Assembly: GCA_039033175.1 (NCBI GenBank)
Contig: JBCCDD010000007.1
Coordinates: 59,817-123,816, forward strand
Source: Planctomycetota bacterium
Lineage (GTDB): Bacteria > Planctomycetota > Phycisphaerae > Phycisphaerales > UBA1924
Direction: 5' to 3'
Length of the DNA stretch: 64,000 bases
Made by a program: the position numbers and the translations under genes. The stretch's first letter is position 1. Each line of letters starts with the position of its first letter. Below are positions 10,158-19,622 of the stretch, piece by piece. Under the pieces are notes generated by a model, which ran no database searches, had not been told where the DNA came from, and saw only the letters and a program-made list of their open reading frames with translations.

Positions 10158-11136
10158 CGGCCAGCGCCGGACCGAGCCCGGGGAACTCGAACGCGAACCC
10201 CTCTTCCGCCAGGCGGCGCGAGACGCAGTAGCGCCCGTAGAGCGCAAGCTCTGGGTCGGTCCTGAGCACGAGCGGCGCCGCGAGGTTGACCATCCACCCC
10301 ATCGCGGGCAGCCCGATGGGCACGCGCAGCGCACGGCGCAGCTCGCGCATGAACTCGCGATTGCTCACCGGGTTTGGGGCGCTGGCGATGTAGGCCCCAC
10401 GCATGGTTTCATCGGTCAGCCCGCGCGCGAAGAGGCGGTTCATGTCGAGCTCGTGGATCCAGCTCATGCCCTGTCGCCCGCTGCCGACGGTGCCCCCGAG
10501 GCCCAGGCGGGCGATGCCCGCGAGGCGTTGGTACGCCCCGCCGCCCCGCCCGAGCACAAAGCTCGTGCGCAGCACGACGCGCCGGATGCCTTCGGGGCAT
10601 GCCTCGTCGAATGCCTCTTCCCACTTTTCGCCCACGAACGGCGCGAGCCCGTAGCCGAAGGGCGCGTCTTCGTCGCAGGTTTCTTCGCCGTCGCCGTAGC
10701 GGTGGGCCGTGGACATCTGCACCCAGGCGCTCGGCGGGTTTGCCGCGGCGCGCACCGCCTCGCCCAGCACGCGCGTCGACTCGACCCGGCTGCGCAGGAT
10801 CTGATCGCAGTGCAGGGGCGTCTTGATGCAGTCAACGGTGCGCCCGGCGAGGTTCACCACACCCGACGCGCCGTCGAGCTCGCGGGCCCAGTCGCCCATC
10901 GTGCGCCCGTCCCAGCGCACGTGGCGCCACGGGCCGCGGCTGGCACCAGCGGCCCCACCGGCCCCCTGATCGCTCGGCACACTGCGCGACAGGATCACGA
11001 CGTCGGGCGCGTGCGACCCGGCACCCGGTGCGCCCAATCCATCCGACGCATCGGCCAGAAACCGCGCGAACGAGAGCCCGAGAAAGCCGCTCCCGCCCGC
11101 GATCACGATCCGCCCGCTCGGTATGGCTCCAGTCAT
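10144..11136 (-). CDS. YfcH-like SDR-family epimerase/dehydratase (TIGR01777 / DUF1731 type), paralog B
   Basis: [20 protein letters not shown] ... [35 protein letters not shown]. It is collinear with paralog A, so this is a tandem duplication. Confidence 0.7.
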   Translation of the reverse strand: MTGAIPSGRIVIAGGSGFLGLSFARFLADASDGLGAPGAGSHAPDVVILSRSVPSDQGAGGAAGASRGPWRHVRWDGRTMGDWARELDGASGVVNLAGRTVDCIKTPLHCDQILRSRVESTRVLGEAVRAAANPPSAWVQMSTAHRYGDGEETCDEDAPFGYGLAPFVGEKWEEAFDEACPEGIRRVVLRTSFVLGRGGGAYQRLAGIARLGLGGTVGSGRQGMSWIHELDMNRLFARGLTDETMRGAYIASAPNPVSNREFMRELRRALRVPIGLPAMGWMVNLAAPLVLRTDPELALYGRYCVSRRLAEEGFAFEFPGLGPALADVRG

Positions 11137-11191
11137 GGACGATCATAGAAAGCATGCGCCGCGACCGGGCGCGCTTGGATAGCCTGTTGCG

Positions 11192-11728
11192 ATGCCGACG
11201 GCGATCTTTCGAACAGGCGACACGCGTGCGGAGCGACTCGATCGGCTCCGCATGCTGACACCGATCGGCGAGGTCGAGCTCGCCGCGTCGCCCGCCGGGC
11301 TGCGGTCGTGCAAGCTGATCGACGCCGCGACCGGCGCCGACAGTCACCCGGCGCGACACGGTCAACAGCGCCGCCCGGCGTACGCCCACGTGGCGAGGGC
11401 CTCGCGCGAGCTTTCGGCTTACTTTGCCGGCGATCGCTCACCCTTCAGCGTCGCGCTCGACCCGCCCGGGACGGACTTTCAGCGGGCGGTGTGGGACGCG
11501 CTGCGTGAGATCCCGTGCGGGCAGACCCGCTCGTACGCCGCGCTGGCCCGCGCGATCTGCAGGCCCGCCGCGGTGCGAGCGGTCGGGCGCGCCAACGGGG
11601 CCAACCCGCTGTGGATCATCGTGCCCTGCCACCGGGTGATCGGGAGCGACGGCTCGCTGACCGGGTACGCCGGGGGCGTCGAGGTCAAACGCCGCCTGCT
11701 CGCCCACGAGGGCTCGATCCTCTGCTGA
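11192..11728 (+). CDS. ogt: Methylated-DNA--protein-cysteine methyltransferase
   Basis: Active-site motif IVPCHRVIGSDGSLTGYAGG and the HTH region IPCGQTRSYAALA. Confidence 0.88.
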   Translation: MPTAIFRTGDTRAERLDRLRMLTPIGEVELAASPAGLRSCKLIDAATGADSHPARHGQQRRPAYAHVARASRELSAYFAGDRSPFSVALDPPGTDFQRAVWDALREIPCGQTRSYAALARAICRPAAVRAVGRANGANPLWIIVPCHRVIGSDGSLTGYAGGVEVKRRLLAHEGSILC

Positions 11729-11819
11729 GGGCTGCTGAGCGGGCGCGGGCACACATGAAAGCTTGACAAAGGCAAGCGAGGCTCGGCGGAATCTGCTTTG
11801 AGCCATTCGGGCCCGCATG

Positions 11820-11830
11820 TGACATTGTCA
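11820..11830. promoter_or_regulatory. Perfect 11-bp palindrome TGACATTGTCA about 55 nt upstream of the PEP-CTERM gene start; candidate operator. TTGACA hexamer at 11763-11768. GGAGG RBS at 11872-11876.
   Basis: Read directly from the sequence. Its function is inferred. Confidence 0.4.
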
Positions 11831-11885
11831 TAGAAGAACCGCCCCACGCAGAGATGCCGGCGGACTGTCTGAGGAGGGACACGAC

Positions 11886-12440
11886 ATGTTGCATACGACC
11901 GAGACCATCGCCGGGACCTCGACCGCCGCCGCGGGCGCAGCGCAGGGCGATCGGCGTGGCGCGGTGCTCGCCGCCCTGTGCGTGCTGTGCGGCGCCGCGG
12001 GCGCTGCGCACGCGAGCTGGGGCGACCGCCAGCTCGCGTTGCTGGACTCGGCGCTCGTGCCGCCGGCGCCCCTGTTCATCAGCTTCAGCGAGGGCGTCAC
12101 CGGTTTCTCGATCGAGCTCGGCGGGTTCGAGCCGGGGCCGTACGCGGTGCTGCTGAGTGTCTTCGGCGGCGCGAACGGCACGGGGTCGGTGATCGACTCG
12201 CAGGTGCTGAGCTTCAACGGCGCGCTGCCGGTCGCCGACACGCTCGCGTTCTCGTTCCTCGCCCCGACCGACGCGATCGGGTCGGTCTCGATCGACGTGT
12301 CGATCCCCGGGGGCGGGTCGGGGGGGCGGGGCGCCGGACGCGTTCTACTTCGACAACCTGACGGTGACTATCCCGTCACCCGGAGGCGTGGTCCTGCTCG
12401 CGGGCGTTGGGGTGCTCGGCGCACGTCGGCGTCGATGCTG
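11886..12440 (+). pseudogene. PEP-CTERM-like protein interrupted by a +1 frame change at a G7 homopolymer (12320-12326); either a true pseudogene, a phase-variable gene, or a sequencing error
   Basis: The ORF from ATG 11886 has a GGAGG RBS 8 nt upstream and a signal peptide. After the G-runs the in-frame translation becomes nonsense. The +1 frame from 12331 reads APDAFYFDNLTVTIPSPGGVVLLAGVGVLGARRRRC-stop, a canonical PEP-CTERM tail. Deleting one G restores a protein of about 185 aa. Confidence 0.6.
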
Positions 12441-12482
12441 AGGGTTTGCGCCCTTGCCCGGGGCTGAGCGCGGGCGAGGCCC

Positions 12483-13643
12483 TCAGGCGTTCAGCGGCTC
12501 GAACTCTGTGTAGCCCTCGGGCCCGCCGCCGTAGAACGTCTCGCGATCGGGCTCGCGGTACGGGCCGCCCCGGCGGATGCGCTCGGCGAGATCGGGGTTG
12601 GGGATAAACAGGCGCCCGAAGGCGATCGCGTCGGCCCAGCCGTCGGCCAGCGCTTGCTCGCCCTGCTCGATCGAGTAGTCGCCGTTGGCGAGGTAGATGC
12701 CGCCGCCGGCGTCTTTGAAGGCGTCGCGGATGCGCGGGATGACCTCGCCCACGCGGGGGTCGAGGTTGGCCCGGTCCCACGTCTCGACCGCGTGCAGGAA
12801 CGCCACGCCCATCGAGCCGAGCCGGCGCGCGAGCTCGCCGAACGTGGCGCCCGGGTCGCTGTCGCGGGCGTCGTGGTGATCGCTGAGCGGGCTGATGCGG
12901 TAGCCGACGCGCCCCGGTCCGAAGACCTCGCAGACGCGCCGGGCGACGAGCGTCGGCAGGCGCAGGCGGTTGTCCAGGCTGCCGCCCCACTGGTCGGTGC
13001 GCAGGTTCATGCCGTCGCGTGTGAACTGATCGAGGATGTAGGTGTTGGCGCCGTGGATCTCGACGCCGTCGAACCCGGCCCGCTTGGCGAGGGCCGCGGC
13101 GTTGGCGAAGTGCTCGGCGATCTCGGGCACCTCTTCGTCGCGCAGCGCGCGCGGCTGGGTGTTGTCGGCCCGCTCCATCGTGTGGTCGAGGTAGGTCTTG
13201 CTCTTGCTGGTGACGTCGGTCGGGCCGACGGGCTTGTCGCCGTTTGGTTGTAACGCGTGGTGGCTGACGCGCCCGACGTGCCAGAGCTGGCAGACGATGA
13301 GCCCGCCGCGCGCGTGCACGGCGTCGGTGACGAGCTTCCAGCCCTCGGCCTGCTCGTCGGTGTGGATGCCCGGCGTCGCGTAATAGCCGTGCCCGCGCGG
13401 CTCGACGGGCGTCGCCTCGCTGATGATCACACCGGCGCCCCGGTCGGGGTCGGCGCGCTGCGCGTAGTACTCGGCGTTCATGGGCCCGGGGATGTTGCCC
13501 GGCATCATCGCGCGGCTCCGTGTCAGCGGCGCCATCCACACACGCGTGCGTGCATCGAGATCGCCCGCCCGGACCGGCGACAGAAGCTGTTCGAAGATGC
13601 GCTCGCTCAACCCGAGACCTCCGCCTTGGCGATCTGCACACAC
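12483..13643 (-). CDS. Old Yellow Enzyme family NADH:flavin oxidoreductase (NemA-like)
   Basis: RVWMAPLTRSRA, VEIHGANTYILDQF and ISPLSDHHD are OYE/TIM-barrel signatures. The start is uncertain: GTG at 13643, or TTG at 13610 overlapping the gltX stop as TTGA. Confidence 0.8.
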   Translation of the reverse strand: MCADRQGGGLGLSERIFEQLLSPVRAGDLDARTRVWMAPLTRSRAMMPGNIPGPMNAEYYAQRADPDRGAGVIISEATPVEPRGHGYYATPGIHTDEQAEGWKLVTDAVHARGGLIVCQLWHVGRVSHHALQPNGDKPVGPTDVTSKSKTYLDHTMERADNTQPRALRDEEVPEIAEHFANAAALAKRAGFDGVEIHGANTYILDQFTRDGMNLRTDQWGGSLDNRLRLPTLVARRVCEVFGPGRVGYRISPLSDHHDARDSDPGATFGELARRLGSMGVAFLHAVETWDRANLDPRVGEVIPRIRDAFKDAGGGIYLANGDYSIEQGEQALADGWADAIAFGRLFIPNPDLAERIRRGGPYREPDRETFYGGGPEGYTEFEPLNA

Positions 13644-15300
13644 CGGTCGATCCGCGCGAGCGCCCGCTCACGCCCGATCACTTCGAGCGTGTCGCCCAGG
13701 GGCGGGCTGACGCCGTTGCCGGTCACCGCGACGCGGATCGGCTGGGCGACCTTGCCCATGCCCAGCTCGTGTTCGCTCGCGTAGCCCGCGACGGCGGCGT
13801 CGATCGCCGCGGCCCCGAAGGGCTGGACCTCCGCGAGCACGCCCCGCATGCCCTCAAGCGCCTCGAGCCCCTTGGCCCCGCCCTTGAGCAGGTGCTTGTG
13901 CAGCACCTTGCCGTCGTAGTCGATGCCGGCGTCGTCGAGCAGGACGAAGCCCAGAATCGTGCGCACGTCACGCAGGGTTTTGCAGCGTGGGCGCATCGCC
14001 GGGGCGAGGCGGACAAGCTGCTCGCGCGTGAACCGCCCGTGCAGATCCGCGTCGTACCGCTCGGCCCACGCGAGCCAGGTGTCGACGAACGCCTCGTCGC
14101 TCATCTCGGCGATGTAGTCGGCGTTGAAGCTCAGCAGCTTGGCCCGGTCGAACTTCGCGTTGGTCTTGCCGACGCCGCCGAAGTCGAAGTGTGCGCACAG
14201 GAAGTCGAGGTCGAACCGCTCGAGGTCCTGCCCGCCCGCGGTCTTCTGCTTGGGGTTCCAGCCGAGCAGCGCGAGGAAGTTGAGCAGGGGCTGCGGCAGG
14301 TAGCCGGCCCGCTGAAAATCACCCACGTCGATCTCGGGCACCTCGACGCTCAGCACAGCCGCCAGCTCGAGCAACGCCTCGCTTGGCAACTGGCGGGTTT
14401 TGTCCTTGAGCCAGGCGGCAACGGTCGCTCCGTCGATCGAAGCGACCGGAGATTCGCTGACGCCCGAGGCCTTGCACGCGGCGCGCACGGCCTTGTCCTT
14501 GTCCCGCTTGCTCATCTTCGAGCCGTCGGCGTTGAAGATCAGCGGCATGTGCGCGTAGGTGGGGACGTTGAAGCCCATGGCGCGTTGCAGCGCGATGTGC
14601 CTCGGCGTGTTGATCAGGTGCTCCTGCCCGCGCAAAACGTGCGTCACGCCCATCAGCGCGTCGTCGACGACGACCGCGAGGTGGTAGGTCGGGAAGCCGT
14701 CGCGTTTGCGGATGATGAAGTCGTCGAACTCATCGGGCCCGACGGTGACCTCGCCCAGCACCTCGTCGTGCACGCTGATTGCCTCATCGGGCATGCGGAA
14801 GCGGACGACGTGCTCCTCGCCCGCGGCGACGCGGCGTGCGCGCTCCTCGGCGGGGATCTCAAGCGCCGCGCGGTCGTAGCGGTTGCCGACCTTCTGGGCG
14901 ATCGCCTCGCGCCGCTTGGCTTCGAGCTCGTCTGGCGTTTCGAACGCGGCGTACGCGGCGCCGGACGCGATCAACGCGTCGATGCGCTCGTTGTAGGTAT
15001 CCAGGCGTTTGGATTGGTGGAAGGGGCCCACGCCGCGCTCGTCGCCGCCGAGGTTTGCGCCGGCGACCTCGACCTCTGGCCCGTCGTCCCAGGCGAGCCC
15101 GAGCCAGGCGAGGTCTTCGAGGATGCCGCCCGCCGCGGCCTCGCTGCTGCGTCGCTGGTCGGTGTCTTCGATGCGCAAGACGAATCGCCCGCTGTGTTTG
15201 CGGGCGTAGGCGAGGCAGAACAGGGCCGTTCGGGCACCGCCGATGTGGAGGTGCCCGGTGGGCGAGGGCGCGAAGCGCGTGATCACCGGTGCTGGGGGCA
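13607..15300 (-). CDS. gltX: Glutamyl-tRNA synthetase
   Basis: ITRFAPSPTGHLHIGGARTALF (HIGH) and the KMSKR-like loop SKMSKRDKDKAV. Start is set at ATG MPPAPVITRF (cat at 15298-15300). The longer ORF is only an upstream antisense-free extension. Confidence 0.9.
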
Positions 15301-15309
15301 TGGGAGAGT

Positions 15310-16245
15310 CTATGAGGCCCGCATCCGCAAGTCGTACCCGCAGTCGAGACAGCGGTTCTGCTTCGAGCGGCGCTTGCGGGCCCGTCGTCGCCAGATCGGC
15401 GGGGCGAGCAGCCACGCCGCGAGCAGGCCCAGAGCGAGCACGCCCGCGACGCGCCAGGTGATCGCGAACGACAGGTCGAACGTCCACCACCGGTTCGCGA
15501 CATCCCCGGCCTTCCAGCGCAGCCAGAGCGTGCCCATGCGGACCTCGGGCGTCTCGCGGAGCCAGGCCGGTTCGGCCGGCCAATCGAGGTCGATGCGCGT
15601 GGTCGCGAACCAACGCTCCCTCATCCACCGCTGCGGCAGGGTCCAACCCAGGCCCGGGGGCGCGCGGAACTGGCGGATCTCGATCGTGTCCTCGCCCTCA
15701 ACGCGCACGCGCCAGGCGACGTTCTCTTGCGCGGGCGTGTCCCACGCTTCGCCGAACGCGGCGGCGAGCGCCGGGCGGACCATCGCGATGAACTTGGCGT
15801 CGGTCATGCCCGGGCGGGTCAGGTCCTCGACACGCAGGGCGGAGGGCGTCCAGGGCGTCGTGTTCTGCGTCACGCTGTTGGCGACGAGCGCGACCTCGGT
15901 CGGGGCATCGCGCGGCAGGGGGATCCACGCGGGATAGGCGGTGACGACGACGCCTTTGACGTAGAAGTCTGTGCCGGCGAGCCCGGTCTCGGCGTGGTCG
16001 AGCCAGCGGTCGACCGCGTTGATTGGGTAGAGGTATCCGCCGCCGGGTGTCGTGAGCGACGTCAACATCGGCGGCGACCCGCCCAGCAGCCCCCACGCGA
16101 CCCAGCCCCCCCACGCGAGCAGCACGCCGAGCAGCGCGAGACGGCGTTGCCAACGCCAGCGGCGCGGGAAGGCCTCGCCCCCGGCGGCGCCGCCGCACTC
16201 CGGGCAGCGCGGCAGGCTGGCCTGGGGCGGGTGGGCGTGCGTCAT
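15310..16245 (-). CDS. Membrane protein with an N-terminal CPECG and a C-terminal RCLDCGY Cys pair (putative split zinc ribbon), two TM helices and a periplasmic domain of about 210 aa; paralog 1
   Basis: MTHAHPPQASLPRCPECGG..., TM1 LALLGVLLAWGGWVAWGLLGG, TM2 VAGVLALGLLAAWLLAPPIW, then RRRARKRRSKQNRCLDCGYDL. Its ATG at 16245-16243 overlaps the stop of paralog 2 (ATGA). It ends 10 nt before gltX. Confidence 0.6.
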   Translation of the reverse strand: MTHAHPPQASLPRCPECGGAAGGEAFPRRWRWQRRLALLGVLLAWGGWVAWGLLGGSPPMLTSLTTPGGGYLYPINAVDRWLDHAETGLAGTDFYVKGVVVTAYPAWIPLPRDAPTEVALVANSVTQNTTPWTPSALRVEDLTRPGMTDAKFIAMVRPALAAAFGEAWDTPAQENVAWRVRVEGEDTIEIRQFRAPPGLGWTLPQRWMRERWFATTRIDLDWPAEPAWLRETPEVRMGTLWLRWKAGDVANRWWTFDLSFAITWRVAGVLALGLLAAWLLAPPIWRRRARKRRSKQNRCLDCGYDLRMRAS

Positions 16246-17264
16246 CGGGTGGGCCCTTCCTGTGTGTGCCGGTGGAAGGCGAGCGGGTAGCCGCAGTCGA
16301 GGCAGCGAACCGTTCGCTCGCGACGCCGCCTTGTGCGACGGATCCAGATCGGCGGGAGCAGCAACCACGCGAGCACCGGTGCGCCCAGCACGATGGCGGC
16401 GGCGATCGCGACGTTCGCTGGCGGAACGATGTAGACGCGGGCACGGCGTGCGTCGGCGGCGTTGAGCGTCCGGATCCACAGGGCTCCGTTCTGCCAGCGG
16501 ATCGGCGGGGTGTCCCACGCCAGCGCGACGCCCCGCGCCGTCCGCACGTCGATCTCCCTGACGAACACGGGCGAGCGAATGCCCAGCACCCGGGGCATGT
16601 TGAACGCTCGCGTGCGGAATTCGGGCTGCTCGGGCAGGCGCCAATCGGCGAAGAAGACGCCGGATGCCATTGCGGGCATCTGGGTTGTGGTCTCGATGTC
16701 TGCCAGGAACAGCGCTTCGCGTCCGCGATCGTCGAGCGCCGGGTTGAAGACCTGACCGACGGTCAACGCGGAGGGCGCCCAGGCTCCCGTTGCCGCGGGG
16801 TACATGCCGCCTTGGAGGCGACGCTGGAGCGCGACGTCGGCGCGGTACGGGCCGTCGGCACGCATCCACCTGCCCGGATGATGGAACGACCACGCGGGCG
16901 GCACGCCCGGGGGCGCGGAGCGCGAGAGGGCAAAGTCGCCGATGCGTACGTTCGCGCCCGGAGCGGGACCACGAACCGATTCCCACGCCGCGGTCCATGG
17001 GCGTGTCGAGGCGAGGCACCCAAAGCACGCGAGGACGAGCAGCCAGACCACCAGCACGCGGCGGTGCCTTCTGCGCCACGCCGGGCTGACCACCTCGCCC
17101 CCGGCGGGCACGCCGCATTCGGGGCAGGTTGACAGGCAGGTTGAGAGGGGATCCACAGCTACATTCGCTTCAGGTCGCCCCATGCGTGGTGGTACCGCCG
17201 GGGTGAGGTGACGGGTGCGGGGACGGGTGTGGGGCCGAGGCCGCCTCACGTTTATTGAAGACAC
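16242..17264 (-). CDS. Membrane protein with an N-terminal CPECG and a C-terminal RCLDCGY Cys pair; paralog 2
   Basis: ...STCPECGVPAGGE..., TM VLVVWLLVLACFGCLA, ...TM AIAAAIVLGAPVLAWLLLPPIW, then IRRTRRRRERTVRCLDCGYPL. Start is either 17264 or the internal ATG near 17183. Confidence 0.55.
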   Translation of the reverse strand: MSSINVRRPRPHTRPRTRHLTPAVPPRMGRPEANVAVDPLSTCLSTCPECGVPAGGEVVSPAWRRRHRRVLVVWLLVLACFGCLASTRPWTAAWESVRGPAPGANVRIGDFALSRSAPPGVPPAWSFHHPGRWMRADGPYRADVALQRRLQGGMYPAATGAWAPSALTVGQVFNPALDDRGREALFLADIETTTQMPAMASGVFFADWRLPEQPEFRTRAFNMPRVLGIRSPVFVREIDVRTARGVALAWDTPPIRWQNGALWIRTLNAADARRARVYIVPPANVAIAAAIVLGAPVLAWLLLPPIWIRRTRRRRERTVRCLDCGYPLAFHRHTQEGPTR

Positions 17265-17463
17265 AAAGGGCGGTTTGTCCTACACTCGCGTGTCCGGGCG
17301 TGGGCGGGCGTTGCCGCCTGCTTGCCCGGGGTGATCCGCGGGGTCTGGGAAGTCCCGCCCGCGGGCGATGAGGGACCGCCGGCGGGGCGGGCCTGGGGCG
17401 TGTTTCGACGCGCCGGGCCGATCGCATCCGCGTGCGACAATCCGAGCGAGGAGGTGACCGGCC
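17231..17463. promoter_or_regulatory. Divergent promoter region between the zinc-ribbon membrane-protein operon (-) and the EF-G paralog (+), with a locally AT-richer block tttattgaagacacaaagggcggtttgtcctacact
   Basis: Composition and position only; GAGGAGGT RBS at about 17448-17455. No sigma-70 consensus with correct spacing found. Confidence 0.35.
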
Positions 17464-19533
17464 ATGCCGGCACGCAACCCGGGCAGCATCCGCAACATCG
17501 CCTTTGTCGGCCAGGCCGGCGCGGGCAAGACCACGCTCGCCGAGCGTTTGCTCTTCAGCACCGGCACCATCCAGCGGATGGGCAGCGTCGACGAGGGCAC
17601 GACCTTCAGCGACTGGTCGGACGAAGAGAAGGCCCACAAGCACTCGCTGCGCAACACGCTGCTGCACTTCGAGCACGAGGGCCACCTGGTCAACCTCATC
17701 GATTGCCCGGGGATGCCCGACTTTTTGGGCCACGCGATCAGCGTCTTCCCGGCGGTCGAGACCGTCTGCGTCGTGATCGACGCGGCCCGCGGGATCGACA
17801 CGATCACGCGGCGCATGATGGCGCTCGCCGAGCAGCGCAACCTGCCCCGCATGATCATCGTCAACAAGATCGACGAGGCCCAGGCCGACCTGGGCGAGCT
17901 GGTCGAGCAGATCCGCGAGGCGTTCGGCCCGGTCTGCCTGCCGGTCAACCTGCCCACCGAGGACCGCGCCGACACGCTGGGCGTGTTCGACGAGACCGGC
18001 TCGGGCACGACGCTGATCGATAGCCGCGAGGACGCGCACCAGAAGATCATCGAGCAGGTCGTCGAGATGCAGGACGACCTGATGGACCGCTACCTCGAAG
18101 ACGGCGACGAGCACAACATCTCGCCCGAGCAACTGCACGACGTGTTCGAGGCGGCGCTGCGCAACGCGCACCTGGTGCCGATCGCCTTTGTCAGCGCCGC
18201 CACCGGCGCCGGCTCGACCAACCTGCTGCACACGCTGGCGAGCCTGCTGCCCAGCCCGACCGAGGGCAACCCGCGCCCGTTCCTGCGGCGTGAGGACGAG
18301 GACGGGCCGGAGGTCGAGTTCCACGCCGAGCCGGACGCGGGCAAGCCGACCATCGCGCACATCTTCAAGATCACGACCGACAGCTTCGTTGGCAAGCTGG
18401 GCGTCTTCCGCGTGCACCAGGGTGTCGTGAGGTCCAAGCAGGAGCTGGTGATCGACGACCAGAAGAAGCCGATCCGCGTGGGGCACCTGGTCAAGCGTCA
18501 GGGCAAGGAGAGCGTCGAGGTCGACGAGCTGGGCCCGGGCGACCTGGGCGCGCTGGTCAAGATTGATGAGCTGCATTTCGACGCCGTGCTGCACAGCGGG
18601 CACGAGCTCGACAGCCTGCACCTGGCGCCGCTGCCCCTGCCCAAGCCCATGTTCGGGCTGGCGGTCGAGCTGGCCGACCACGCCGACGAGACCAAGTTCA
18701 GCACCGCGATCCACCGCATGCTGGCAGAAGACCCCTGCCTGCGTTTCGAGCGGATCGCGGCAACCAAGGAGAGCGTGCTCCGCGGGTTGGGTGAGCTGCA
18801 CCTGCGCATCGTGCTCGAGCGGCTGAAGAAGGAGCACGGGATCGAGGTGCAGACCAGCACGCCCAAGATCGCCTACAAGGAAACCATCACCGCGAAGGCC
18901 GACGGGCACCACCGCCACAAGAAGCAGACCGGCGGGGCCGGGCAGTTCGGCGAGGTGTACCTCCGCGTCGAGCCCCTTCCCGCGGGCAGCGAGCAGGAGT
19001 TCGAGTTCGTCAACGCGACGGTGGGCGGCTCGATCCCCAGGCAGTTCATGCCGGCGATCGAGAAGGGCGTCCGCGCTGTGCTCGAACACGGCGCTGTCGC
19101 GGGCTACCCGCTCACCGGCGTCCGCGTCGAGGTGTACGACGGCAAGCACCACGCGGTGGACAGCAAGGAAATCGCGTTCGTGACCGCGGGCAAGCGGGCC
19201 TTTATCGACGCGGTTGCCAAGGCCCGCCCGGCGTTGCTCGAGCCGTTTGTCACGGTTGAGGTGACGGCGCCGAGCAGCTACATGGGCGATGTGACGGGCG
19301 ATCTGGCGAACCGGCGCGGGCGCGTGCAGGACACGCGGATCCTGCCGGGCGAGATGATGACCGTCGTGGCGCAGGCGCCGCTGGGCGAGCTGCAGAACTA
19401 CCCGACCGAGCTGAAGAGCCTGACGCACGGGGCGGGGTCGTTCACGCTTGACTATTCTCACGACGAGAACACGCCCCCGCACGTGCAGCAGGCCGTGATC
19501 GCGGCCTTCGGGGGCCACGACGACGAGGACTGA
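17464..19533 (+). CDS. Elongation factor G-family translational GTPase (EF-G paralog; it is not in a str operon context)
   Basis: G1 AFVGQAGAGKTTL, DCPG (G3), NKID (G4), and a full five-domain length of 689 aa. There is a GAGGAGGT RBS before the ATG. Confidence 0.85.
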   Translation: MPARNPGSIRNIAFVGQAGAGKTTLAERLLFSTGTIQRMGSVDEGTTFSDWSDEEKAHKHSLRNTLLHFEHEGHLVNLIDCPGMPDFLGHAISVFPAVETVCVVIDAARGIDTITRRMMALAEQRNLPRMIIVNKIDEAQADLGELVEQIREAFGPVCLPVNLPTEDRADTLGVFDETGSGTTLIDSREDAHQKIIEQVVEMQDDLMDRYLEDGDEHNISPEQLHDVFEAALRNAHLVPIAFVSAATGAGSTNLLHTLASLLPSPTEGNPRPFLRREDEDGPEVEFHAEPDAGKPTIAHIFKITTDSFVGKLGVFRVHQGVVRSKQELVIDDQKKPIRVGHLVKRQGKESVEVDELGPGDLGALVKIDELHFDAVLHSGHELDSLHLAPLPLPKPMFGLAVELADHADETKFSTAIHRMLAEDPCLRFERIAATKESVLRGLGELHLRIVLERLKKEHGIEVQTSTPKIAYKETITAKADGHHRHKKQTGGAGQFGEVYLRVEPLPAGSEQEFEFVNATVGGSIPRQFMPAIEKGVRAVLEHGAVAGYPLTGVRVEVYDGKHHAVDSKEIAFVTAGKRAFIDAVAKARPALLEPFVTVEVTAPSSYMGDVTGDLANRRGRVQDTRILPGEMMTVVAQAPLGELQNYPTELKSLTHGAGSFTLDYSHDENTPPHVQQAVIAAFGGHDDED

Positions 19534-19622
19534 TCCGCGTTCGATGCTGAGCGCGCACATCGCACCACCACGCCGGGCCCGTCGACGATGCGGGCCGCGC
19601 GAACCATGAGGGAGGCCCACCG

